IMG/VR virus record: IMGVR_UViG_3300028591_000072 | Location: 1-64,000 of that record | Origin: a virus | Taxonomy: Duplodnaviria; Caudoviricetes | Reading direction: 5' to 3' (one strand) | DNA length: 64,000 nt | In this document: positions 41,561 to 51,013 of the stretch, one piece after another | How the letters are laid out: each line of letters opens with the position of its first letter | Position numbering within the stretch: position 1 is the first letter of the stretch | The notes under the pieces: model-generated | What the model was told of the DNA's origin: nothing | Seen by the model: the letters and a program-made list of their open reading frames with translations, nothing else | The model's database searches: none | Translations under genes and position numbers: made by a program

Positions 41561-44011
41561 TCAAATTTTATACAACCCAAGTTCTTTACTATAAGAATAT
41601 CCTTGTAGTAAGAATGGCCTATCGCTTCTGTTTGCCAATCCAACACATTTTTCTATGGTTGCATCGCCCCACTTCTTTATTCCATACACATATTTAAGTT
41701 CTTTATCCGTTGGGAAATTAAATCCTGTATTATTTGAAATCATAAAGTTATATCTTTCTTTGGACTCGATGCCGTTTGACTCTTCATCTAAGATATACGA
41801 ATCACATACGATTGGCTTCATATATTCACCACCGATTTTTGCTGTTACATATATATTATTGGAAGAACCACGATAAGACACTTCCTTTGACAAGCATTCA
41901 TAATCTTCGTTCACGAAAGAACTTCCACCTTTATATCTAATATTATAAAGTTCTTCTATGCTTGTTTTATAAAGTTTTGAAATGAAAAGTAAAAGTTGTT
42001 TTTCATTCTTTTTGTTGAACTCATTTCTTTCATTATACAATTCTGACTTTGTTATTTTAGTACCATCCATTGATGCAAGTCTGTCACACCATTTGCTTCT
42101 TAATTCATTATTGTATATACGATTTAAAAACCTATTATATTTTCTATTTGAATATAGAACAACGGTATAATTCACTTCGTCATATTCATTGAATCTTGAT
42201 GAACGTCCGCAACAAATTTGAACGGTACTTTCAGGTGTTGGTGTATAATGGATAATTGACATCGAAGAAATGTCAAGGCCAGTCCCAATAATAGGAGTAC
42301 CTATTACAGTTTTTTTGTCTTTTGATTCAAAAGTAGAATGCTTTCCATATAACTTATAAATCAATGATTCATTGTTATCTCTATCTTCTATTGAAAATCT
42401 TGCGTGTTCAAGAATAAAGTCACAGCCATTCTTTTTATGGGCAGTAAATAGGTTTTGTGCCAAATCAACTGTAGGTGCAATGGCAAAACAATTACAGTCA
42501 TTTTTTATTTCCAAGGATTCTGGAGTTTGGATTCTCTGTACATTAATATGAACCTTTGTATCACCACCATACACTTTAGATGGAATATATTCTGTTTTCC
42601 CACAGAATTTTTCGATTATGCCATTAAATCCACTTGCGCTTAAAAGCAACGTCTTTGCGTTAGTGTATTTGTTCCTTGCATAAAGCATATTAATGAAAGC
42701 GCCGAATATTGGTTCACCACAGAAGAATTCATGGTACTCATCAAAAATGATGTCACTAAAATAGCAATCCAAAAGGAAAGTTGACAATTCATTTCTTGAA
42801 TACCTGCTAAGGAATGTGTCAATGACAGAAACAACGATGTCACACTTTGAAACCGAATTTAATGGAATATTTGGCCCATCATTGAAATTGCACTTTTGAA
42901 TATCATTGCCATACATCAGGCACACTTTCACTTCATCGTTCATTCCCATTGTTTCCAATTCCGAAACAATTGAGCAGTAAGTTCCTTCAGCAATGATGGT
43001 TCTTGGAACAACCCACATCACCTTGCGACCAATTTCAAAATGGTACAACAAGCCAACAAGAGTTTTACCAAAGCCAGCAGAAGCGCCAACATCGCAAATG
43101 TTATGCTTGCTGTCTTTAATTTTATTCACAATACCACGCTGTTCCTGAAGTCTGCTTTCATCATAATGGCCCAAATCACACTTCTTGTTATAGGAGCTAA
43201 TTAAATGGTTTGTGAATATGCTTTTGATGTAATCACAATCCAAATTCAAGATTCTTTCATTATCAAATACCATTGAAGAAATGGCCCTGTCAGCATAGAC
43301 AATTAAAGCCCTGATGATTGCAAATTCCCAAGACTTATCCTGATACTTTTGTAGAGAACCCTGATAAGATGAGTTTTTCAATGGATTCAATAAAAAATTA
43401 TTAAGTGAATTGTCTGGTTCATTATAAACAAGTTCAGTTTCTATTTTAATTGGTGTTACCTCATCAATATCGCTAACATTATTCAAACAGAAATCTTTGT
43501 TAGTTGATACGCCAAATCCGAATTTTTCGTCAATATAAGACAGGCATTCGTTGTAAATTGACTTCATACTTTCAATACACTCGTTATCGCTAACAAGCAA
43601 ATCGCCAATAATGTCTGATGACTTTAATGAAAAATCGTCAATTACGGTGTGATGATACAAGATTGCAGAACGAATAGGTCTATACTTCGTTGTGCTAAGA
43701 GAACCAACAAATGAAGACGCAAATGCCCAAGAAATTGAATTGTGCCTGTAAAATCTGCAATTCTTTTTCAATGGATAAATTTCAATGCCCTCAGCATTGA
43801 TTCCTGAATTCTTGTTAATAATGTACTCTTGGAAATCTTTTGAGCACTTTCCAATGTCATGAAGTGCCGCCGCAATAGCAATTTTAGATAATAAATCGTT
43901 ATTTGTCTCTTTTAGGTTTTTTCTCGCCGTTTCTACAGCTAAATTGATAACCATCTTAGTGTGGTCAATTAAAGAAATTTTTGTTTCCCCATTAATTTTT
44001 GAAAATTTCAT
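41561..44011 (-). CDS. cas3: Cas3 HD nuclease-helicase (no Cas2 fusion)
   Basis: L.DH, LHDIGK, ILYHH, ADR; Walker A AGFGKT, DEYH, SAS, HARF, GLDIS, GR..R. Confidence 0.93.
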   Translation of the reverse strand: MKFSKINGETKISLIDHTKMVINLAVETARKNLKETNNDLLSKIAIAAALHDIGKCSKDFQEYIINKNSGINAEGIEIYPLKKNCRFYRHNSISWAFASSFVGSLSTTKYRPIRSAILYHHTVIDDFSLKSSDIIGDLLVSDNECIESMKSIYNECLSYIDEKFGFGVSTNKDFCLNNVSDIDEVTPIKIETELVYNEPDNSLNNFLLNPLKNSSYQGSLQKYQDKSWEFAIIRALIVYADRAISSMVFDNERILNLDCDYIKSIFTNHLISSYNKKCDLGHYDESRLQEQRGIVNKIKDSKHNICDVGASAGFGKTLVGLLYHFEIGRKVMWVVPRTIIAEGTYCSIVSELETMGMNDEVKVCLMYGNDIQKCNFNDGPNIPLNSVSKCDIVVSVIDTFLSRYSRNELSTFLLDCYFSDIIFDEYHEFFCGEPIFGAFINMLYARNKYTNAKTLLLSASGFNGIIEKFCGKTEYIPSKVYGGDTKVHINVQRIQTPESLEIKNDCNCFAIAPTVDLAQNLFTAHKKNGCDFILEHARFSIEDRDNNESLIYKLYGKHSTFESKDKKTVIGTPIIGTGLDISSMSIIHYTPTPESTVQICCGRSSRFNEYDEVNYTVVLYSNRKYNRFLNRIYNNELRSKWCDRLASMDGTKITKSELYNERNEFNKKNEKQLLLFISKLYKTSIEELYNIRYKGGSSFVNEDYECLSKEVSYRGSSNNIYVTAKIGGEYMKPIVCDSYILDEESNGIESKERYNFMISNNTGFNFPTDKELKYVYGIKKWGDATIEKCVGLANRSDRPFLLQGYSYSKELGLYKI

Positions 44012-44186
44012 TACTATAAAATTTTTTAATTTTATTTTTCGCCACCCGCCGTTAACTATGACTATGCAATATCAGTTGGGTAGCATCCTCTAATACTGCA
44101 TTTTGTTTAAATATATAATAAATTTTAGAAAAAAACAAATTCCTTTTTTGGGGAATAGTAAAAAATGTTTTTAATTAACAATTATA

Positions 44187-45471
44187 ATTATGATTCCATT
44201 TTGGATAATAGTAATAAAAGCACACATAACAGGATATTGCACGTCACCAACATTTTGATTCCGTTTTAGATGATAATACTAAACATTTTCAAGTAATCCT
44301 TCATTTTCCTGTGCTTTGTTATGATTCCATTTAAAAAAGATAGTTTTAAAAATGCACTAATTTTATGCTTTGTGTCATCGCTATTGTGATTCTATTTCAG
44401 ATAATAGTAATAAAACGTTCAATTTGAGTGAACTGTCCGATAATACCATTGTGATTCCATTTTCGAAATATAGTAATAAAAGTATCAACGCAACGCAAAC
44501 CAGTTCGTGCCATGTTGTGATTTCATTTAGAATGATGGTACTAAATAGTTATAGCCAAATCCATGGATGTGTAATTGTTGTTGTGATTCCATTTAGAAAA
44601 ATAATAATAAACAGTTCGTTTTGGATTTGAGCATCTGACCAACCGTTGCGATTCCCATTAGAAAAATAGTACTAAACATTAGCGTTCCATCTTTTTGAGT
44701 AAAGACGTTTGTTGTGATTCCCATTAGAAAAATAGTATTAAATAACAAAATCTATCGTGATGCTCGTTATCGGGAGTTATGATTCCATTTAGAATAATAG
44801 TACTAAACAGTATCTCAAGCAGTTCTTACTCCAAGAGCTCTGTTGTGATTCCCTTTAGAATAATAGTACTAAACAGTTTGGGGCGTAACAGAGTTATACT
44901 CAGCACCGTTGTGATTCCCTTTAGAATAATAGTACTAAACAGTCCCTTATCAGCAAACCTTTATATGTATTTAGTTGTGATTCCCTTTAGAATAATAGTA
45001 CTAAACAGTATTTATAGAATTTTTTCAAGGTTTCTTGGTGTTGTGATTCCCTTTAGAATAATAGTACTAAACAGTAATGGTTTGATGGCTGTGAAGTGCA
45101 TCATAGTTGTGATTCCCTTTAGAATAATAGTACTAAACAGTTCCATCTGTTAGACTTGTTACACCCATATTGTTGTGATTCCCTTTAGAATAATAGTACT
45201 AAACAGTAAAGCAAATTGATAAGATTTATGAAACATTGTTGTGATTCCCTTTAGAATAATAGTACTAAACAGTGTAGGCAACAGTAGTGTGTTTGACCCT
45301 CACGTTGTGATTCCCTTTAGAATAATAGTACTAAACAGTTATGGTCTTTATGATAAACTTCACAGCCATGTTGTGATTCCCTTTAGAATAATAGTACTAA
45401 ACAGTATTATTCACCTTATCAACAACAGCACCTACGTTGTGATTCCCTTTAGAATAATAGTACTAAACAGT
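44187..45471 (-). CRISPR. CRISPR array: 20 repeats (36 bp) / 19 spacers (29-30 bp)
   Basis: 10 identical GTTGTGATTCCCTTTAGAATAATAGTACTAAACAGT from 44842 to 45436 (period 66) plus 10 degenerate copies from 44187 to 44776. Confidence 0.97.
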
Positions 45472-45517
45472 GTATTCTTTATAATTAAATAATTCACAGT
45501 CAGTTATAAAAGAATTA

Positions 45518-46627
45518 TCAATGAATTTTTGCCCATTCTGATTCATAATCTTCCCAGCATACTTCGTTTTTTTCATCCTTAATACAAACAACTTCACAAA
45601 TTCCTCCATCAAGGAAAGTGCAAAATCCTTTTCCGTTGAGCAGAGATTCGTAAATTTTTTCATTGTAGATAGGAACGATTATTTGTCCATTAACAGAAAT
45701 TCTCTTTATTTTATCACCAATGTTATTACGAAGATATGTTTTTGTTATGGTTCCATCTATCCCATAGCCATTTTTAAGGTCTGTATTTGAACTAACTGTC
45801 GGATTACCGTATCTAAAGACGTTGTAAAACCAAGCAGATTGGTTTCCGCCTTTATCCCAAAGAGAAACCATTTCATCGTAAAACTTTCCAACTTTTTCAA
45901 TATATGATTCATCGGAAGACATATTATGAAGCAGGTGAACCATTTCTCCAAATGTATATGTTTTTCTAACATCATTTACATTAAGAATTTCGTTGAGAAA
46001 TGAAATGAATCTAACATAACCTGGATGATTTTCATTGTCGTTAAAAAGTCTCAGCAACATTGAAAAGTCATAAGTTCCCGGTGCTGAAACCTTTTCACCA
46101 TTTTCATCGAAATAGAATATTGTTTCGCCACCACGGTTGCTATTGATGGCGGACTTCCTTGATTGCATAAATTCACCGCCACAATTGTTCATTCCATTAT
46201 TAACAATACCGTAATACTCACCATCTTCACCAACAATCTGTTTGATAAATACATTATCAGGGTCAATTGGGGATTTAAGTTTATAGTAAGAATTCTTAGC
46301 CATTTCGTCACAGGCTTCGATACGCTTAACTGGAAAACCATTCGCTTTATTTGGCTTTGTTGGAACAGGTATTCCACCAATAAGAGAAATGAGCATATTA
46401 CTTAGTGTTGTATATGGAATTGGGTTACCAATGTCATGGCCTTTCTTTATGAACTTAATATCAACACCCTCGTCTTCTGAAATTTTCTTTATTACATCGC
46501 TTTTCTTGGCAATTTTAGGTATAAGATGCTCGTACATCATTCCACCATTTCTAAGCCTAAGAAGCATATATTTTTTAAATTCACTCATATAATCATAAAA
46601 TTTATGGTGTGGGCCGTTATTACCCAC
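45518..46627 (-). CDS. cas5: enlarged Cas5-like subunit (Cas5fv / I-F2-like)
   Basis: N-terminal strand + PIPYTTLSNML..LIG; C-terminal VNGQIIV..GKGFCTFLDGGICEV; 369 aa with central helical insert; between cas7 and array. Confidence 0.65.
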   Translation of the reverse strand: MGNNGPHHKFYDYMSEFKKYMLLRLRNGGMMYEHLIPKIAKKSDVIKKISEDEGVDIKFIKKGHDIGNPIPYTTLSNMLISLIGGIPVPTKPNKANGFPVKRIEACDEMAKNSYYKLKSPIDPDNVFIKQIVGEDGEYYGIVNNGMNNCGGEFMQSRKSAINSNRGGETIFYFDENGEKVSAPGTYDFSMLLRLFNDNENHPGYVRFISFLNEILNVNDVRKTYTFGEMVHLLHNMSSDESYIEKVGKFYDEMVSLWDKGGNQSAWFYNVFRYGNPTVSSNTDLKNGYGIDGTITKTYLRNNIGDKIKRISVNGQIIVPIYNEKIYESLLNGKGFCTFLDGGICEVVCIKDEKNEVCWEDYESEWAKIH

Positions 46628-46650
46628 ACCTTTATTATTTATTGTGCAAA

Positions 46651-47778
46651 TTATTCTACCACTTCTTCAGATGGATTATTTTTTCCGCTTCTACGTGCCT
46701 TTTTTTCAGACTTTTTGTCAGCAGCCACTAATTTAGCCGCCTCAGCAGCCTTTTTGCGTCCTTCCCATTCTTGGTGGTTTGAAGGTTCATAATATTGGCT
46801 AATTTCAAAAACAGGAAGTTCGTCAACCGATTTAAGTTCAATCCAGCCCTCTTCATCATTGATGATGTCGTTGCAAGAGTAAATCGGCTTATATTCAACT
46901 TTTACAGTGTGAGCAATCGCACCGTTTTTAACAATGTTGATGTCCAAAAGGCGGCCAGCCAATGTTTTAATAAGATAATTAACAAACTCATCATCCATTT
47001 TTGCGCCATATTCTCCATATGATTCACCATAAATTTCGTTGTTTGAAGAAAACACCCCAACAGTGTACGGAATCCTTCCATATGTCTTCACAAATGCTTT
47101 TTCAAGGTAGTTGCAACCTTCAATGTATGAAGAAGGCACAGCCAATCTGTCAAAGTATTTATCAAAAGAAAGGAACTGAGCCGTTTTCACATCGAAATAA
47201 GAATCGAAAACATATTTTGTTCTACCAGTGGTTTCCTTATAGAAAAGAGAAGTATCATTTCTGTCACCTGATTTGGTGAACATTTCCATGTAAATGACTG
47301 CGCCTTCGTCAATTGCATCAGTTAAGTTAAAGCAACTTTTCTTTCCGAATGACATGTTCTTATCTGCACACATATAGCCACGTGAATATCCAAGAGGATT
47401 TGCAATAAAGTTGCAAGCAGCAGCAGGGAAATTCCAAATCATTGGGTCAGCGTCACATGTTCCTCCAAAAATTGCGTGTCTGATGCAATTGTAGGAAATT
47501 TTAAGGTTGTACCCAAATTCAGGAACTTTCTTCTTTGCTTCATCAATGCTAACGCCATTTTCTTCGGCATATTTTTCAACAGCCTCAATGTATGCTTCGT
47601 GGCTTTGATGAAGCCCATAAAATTCTTTCTTTGCAAAAGTTTGGTTGTCATTAAATGCATTACCTGCACAATGTCCGTTAATAAAAAATTTTTGGTCAGT
47701 ACTATCATAATTAACAACACCATGGCCGTTAAGTGTAGTGCGGAATTTCACCGCCAAAATTTTATTATTTTTTTTCAT
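46651..47778 (-). CDS. cas7: Cas7fv-like (type I-F2) backbone subunit
   Basis: GHGVVN, IS.NCIRH, G..RGY, R..TS.F.K.T.G.T.Y, QF.S.DK.FDR, GE.G match Shewanella Cas7fv as recalled. Confidence 0.85.
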   Translation of the reverse strand: MKKNNKILAVKFRTTLNGHGVVNYDSTDQKFFINGHCAGNAFNDNQTFAKKEFYGLHQSHEAYIEAVEKYAEENGVSIDEAKKKVPEFGYNLKISYNCIRHAIFGGTCDADPMIWNFPAAACNFIANPLGYSRGYMCADKNMSFGKKSCFNLTDAIDEGAVIYMEMFTKSGDRNDTSLFYKETTGRTKYVFDSYFDVKTAQFLSFDKYFDRLAVPSSYIEGCNYLEKAFVKTYGRIPYTVGVFSSNNEIYGESYGEYGAKMDDEFVNYLIKTLAGRLLDINIVKNGAIAHTVKVEYKPIYSCNDIINDEEGWIELKSVDELPVFEISQYYEPSNHQEWEGRKKAAEAAKLVAADKKSEKKARRSGKNNPSEEVVE

Positions 47779-47804
47779 TTTTAAATTTTTATTATTACGT
47801 TTAA

Positions 47805-48503
47805 TTAATTATTTAGTTTTTTAGTTGTAGCAAACCCAAATCCACATCCAGTAGAGTTTCCAAAGCCAAGGTTAATAAGTTTTTCCCTTGCGGCCTTTTT
47901 ACCCTTAATAACAAGCATAATTGTTGATGATGGGGTGATACTTTGGTTTTCACATCCGAATTTCAATTTAACAAGTTTCTTTTTCCAATTCTCTTTGTGG
48001 AATGGCTGAAATTTAATTGTATTCACATCGCCTTCGGAAATACCATTATTGATTAATTTCTTTTTACTGTGTTCTAAAAGAATATTCAAGAAATCTTCAT
48101 CATTGAATGTAATTTCTTTGTTTGTTTTTGGGCTTTTAAGCCTTATGTTCGTAATTCTTACAACATCATATAATCTAGAAGTCTTATTTGCAATACATTC
48201 AAACCCGATAAACTGCATTGTTTGTAATTTAAGGTCTGTTTGTTCGGATAATCCGCAAAGAAAATCAGATAGAAATTCTTCATTGTCAGAAGAGACGCAA
48301 AAAAAGCCTCCATTTTTGAATTGAATCATATTTGTGCCTTTGTCATATTTTCCACCATGCATTGTTGAAACAGAGTATGGAGAAAATGAATCGTGCCATT
48401 TGTTGTTTTTTCCCAAAACGGTATGAACAAACCCGTTCACATAGTCATTTGTCGGCTTGTCAAACAATTCCGTATTAGGAGCAAAATTTAATTTAATAAT
48501 CAT
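47805..48503 (-). CDS. cas6: Cas6 crRNA-processing endoribonuclease (canonical, not Csy4/Cas6f-like)
   Basis: HD...YSVS; C-terminal G-loop LGFGNSTGCGFG. Confidence 0.9.
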   Translation of the reverse strand: MIIKLNFAPNTELFDKPTNDYVNGFVHTVLGKNNKWHDSFSPYSVSTMHGGKYDKGTNMIQFKNGGFFCVSSDNEEFLSDFLCGLSEQTDLKLQTMQFIGFECIANKTSRLYDVVRITNIRLKSPKTNKEITFNDEDFLNILLEHSKKKLINNGISEGDVNTIKFQPFHKENWKKKLVKLKFGCENQSITPSSTIMLVIKGKKAAREKLINLGFGNSTGCGFGFATTKKLNN

Positions 48504-48530
48504 ATTTCTTTAATTAACAATTATACAATA

Positions 48531-49322
48531 TTATTTTTTTATAATTTGTTTCTCATCAAAAACCGTGTCAAACTTTTCAAATTGTGTTTTTAAGACAAAA
48601 ATTTTTTCGTTTTTTTCTCCATTGTTTGAAGACATTCCATCTTGCATTTTCTTTTGGTATATTGGAATAAAGTCAGATGGGGCATTGTATTCACTAATCA
48701 TTAATATATGGCCATCATTTGCTGTTTTTCTGCACCAATTCCAAAATTCTTCATTGTCGAAGTTTATTTTATAACCTTTTGTATTACCATATGGAGGGTC
48801 ACAATATATAAATGCTTTTCCTTTTACATGGTCCATGATTGATTTGTAGTCACAGCAAATGAAGTCTGTGTTATTTATCTGTTTGAAACCGTTTATTTGC
48901 TTAACAGTGCCGCTATATGCTTCATATATATGGTTTTCGTTTTTATTTGGATTGTAATTTGCGTATCCATTCCACCAAGAGCCTCCATATGAACAAGCAC
49001 AACCCACATATCCTATTATGGAATCTTTATATCTACCTGTTTTGTTTTTGTAGTCTTCTTTTACATCATAATATTGTTCTTTGGCCAAATACTTAACAAA
49101 GGTCCACATATCTTCAGTAAAATTGCCATTCTTTACATCATTCCAAAACGCTATGACGTATTGGTTTGTGTCACATGTCAGTTTCTTGTTGAAATCAATT
49201 GCCGACAAACTGTTTGCGCCACCACAAAATGGTTCAATATATGTTGTGCATCCTTCAATACCCTTTGCGACAAGGCTATTGATTATTTTCGTCATTTTCT
49301 TTTTGCTTCCCTGGTATCTCAT
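48531..49322 (-). CDS. Dam/D12-class DNA adenine methyltransferase
   Basis: MRYQGSK, YIEPFCGG, YCDPPY, ISEY. Confidence 0.9.
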   Translation of the reverse strand: MRYQGSKKKMTKIINSLVAKGIEGCTTYIEPFCGGANSLSAIDFNKKLTCDTNQYVIAFWNDVKNGNFTEDMWTFVKYLAKEQYYDVKEDYKNKTGRYKDSIIGYVGCACSYGGSWWNGYANYNPNKNENHIYEAYSGTVKQINGFKQINNTDFICCDYKSIMDHVKGKAFIYCDPPYGNTKGYKINFDNEEFWNWCRKTANDGHILMISEYNAPSDFIPIYQKKMQDGMSSNNGEKNEKIFVLKTQFEKFDTVFDEKQIIKK

Positions 49323-50121
49323 AATTAAAGTCTTTAATGATGTTAAATTTTGGTTGGCCGTATTCGTTTATTAATTCATTTAATCTAAATTTTGTTTTTT
49401 TGTCTTTTTCAGCAATTAATACTTTTCCTGTTTTGTCTAATTCTTTTTTATTATATATGATATATTCAATGACTCCGTTTTTATCAATTTCATCTTGCAA
49501 TATTTTTTCTTTCCTCATTGCATTTAGCCTGTCTCTTAGTAGACTTTCATTTTCTTTTGCATAAAAGAAAAATGACTGAGGCTTAACTTGCATATACCTA
49601 ACATACGATGGGTCACTATGCTTTTTTATTATAAAGTCAATTCCAATTTCAGCATCAAGTTTCCCAACACATGGCTCAACAATAAAGTCATCTGAAGATT
49701 CCAATATGAACGAGACCATATACCTTTCCACAAAGTGCCCGTCATATGTTTCAGTTATTATATGATTAACCAAATCATCATAGCAGTCCTGTATTGTTAC
49801 ATTGGAATTTTTATCTTTTTTTATTATTGATTCATAATAACATTTTGCAAGATACTTCAATTGTTCGACACTTCTTCCAAAATTTTCATTACCTTTGTGA
49901 TTCTTATATGAAAACTCGTCATTATAATACGCTGTGTATTTGTTGAAAAAATCTTCAGGTGATGTCGGATGTAGTATTTTATAAAGATAAGAGCAATTTC
50001 CGACATATGGCCTTCCTGAAAATTTATTCCTGTATATTAGACTATATTTTTCGTTGAATTTCTTTTTTACCTTTTCATAATATTCTTTTTCTTTAAATGA
50101 ACAATCTATATTTATATCCAA
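49276..50121 (-). CDS. MjaI-like PD-(D/E)xK restriction endonuclease
   Basis: R..VG..S, II.ETYDG, D...GIDF...QVKP.SF; overlaps MTase start. Confidence 0.6.
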   Translation of the reverse strand: MDINIDCSFKEKEYYEKVKKKFNEKYSLIYRNKFSGRPYVGNCSYLYKILHPTSPEDFFNKYTAYYNDEFSYKNHKGNENFGRSVEQLKYLAKCYYESIIKKDKNSNVTIQDCYDDLVNHIITETYDGHFVERYMVSFILESSDDFIVEPCVGKLDAEIGIDFIIKKHSDPSYVRYMQVKPQSFFFYAKENESLLRDRLNAMRKEKILQDEIDKNGVIEYIIYNKKELDKTGKVLIAEKDKKTKFRLNELINEYGQPKFNIIKDFNYEIPGKQKENDENNQ

Positions 50122-50153
50122 ATTTATACATACTATACCGCTTTATTTTTTAC

Positions 50154-50447
50154 TCAATCATAAACAATCCAATAATTTTTGTATTGTTCAAATTCAGGAA
50201 GTCCTGCTTTAAGTCTTTCTTCTTTTGTTTCAGAATTTGCCAATTCAATTGCTTCATCTTCGTTTTCGGCAACACCTATATATGGGTTTTCATGGAAAAA
50301 TCTTTTAACAGGTGGGAAAACCTCAAATGCACGTGCCTCGTTATTAATTGCAGTTTTATGGCTTCTAAATAGTTCAAAACACTGTATTCCAAGTTCTTCT
50401 TTTATAAACTCACTTGCAATTTGTCTTCTTCTTGCTTCTTTTAACAT
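50154..50447 (-). CDS. hypothetical protein
   Basis: 97 aa. Confidence 0.6.
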   Translation of the reverse strand: MLKEARRRQIASEFIKEELGIQCFELFRSHKTAINNEARAFEVFPPVKRFFHENPYIGVAENEDEAIELANSETKEERLKAGLPEFEQYKNYWIVYD

Positions 50448-50557
50448 AATTTAAAAATTTTTAATTTAGTTGATGTGCTTGATTCGAACAAGTCTTCCAT
50501 GCGCTTTGATGTGCTACCCTTCCTAATCCATAGGATTTTCTTTTCGGCCAGCATTTC

Positions 50558-50860
50558 TTACACCACACCCCTGTTATTTTTCAAATTTTCTTTTAAATCT
50601 TTTTCGCATTTTAGTTTGTTTAGTCGTTCTATTGTGCTTTCTATATATTCTTTATTAAACTCATATATCAGTTTCATCGCTGATGCAGGTATGTCAAAAT
50701 TGCAGTATTTTATAGCATTGCCGAAAAATGTACTTGTCTCTCCAAACGACCCATGTACAACATTTGGCCTTTCATCCTCAATTGAGTCCTTGAAAAACCT
50801 ATTCAACTTTTCAAGTTCAGGAAGAACGTAATCTACATCATATTTGTTATTAAAGTCCAT
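50558..50860 (-). CDS. hypothetical protein
   Basis: 100 aa. Confidence 0.6.
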   Translation of the reverse strand: MDFNNKYDVDYVLPELEKLNRFFKDSIEDERPNVVHGSFGETSTFFGNAIKYCNFDIPASAMKLIYEFNKEYIESTIERLNKLKCEKDLKENLKNNRGVV

Positions 50861-51013
50861 TGTATTTAAAATTTTAATTGCCTTTCTTTTTACTTATTAA
50901 CCATTTTTCTTACTTTGTGGAGAAGTGTTTCCAATGGTTCAATCTTATCGTCTGCTTCGTCAATTTCACGAATGAGGTCCCTTAAATATTCTCTTTCTGA
51001 CTTATTCATGGTT

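Noticed and set aside
44484-44513. Spacer containing TGGCACG as targeting the early promoters
   Set aside because: Only a 7-nt match; the rest does not fit the consensus or its spacing
44370-45492. + strand ORFs with repeating VVIPFRIIVLNS
   Set aside because: Artefact of translating the 66-bp CRISPR period
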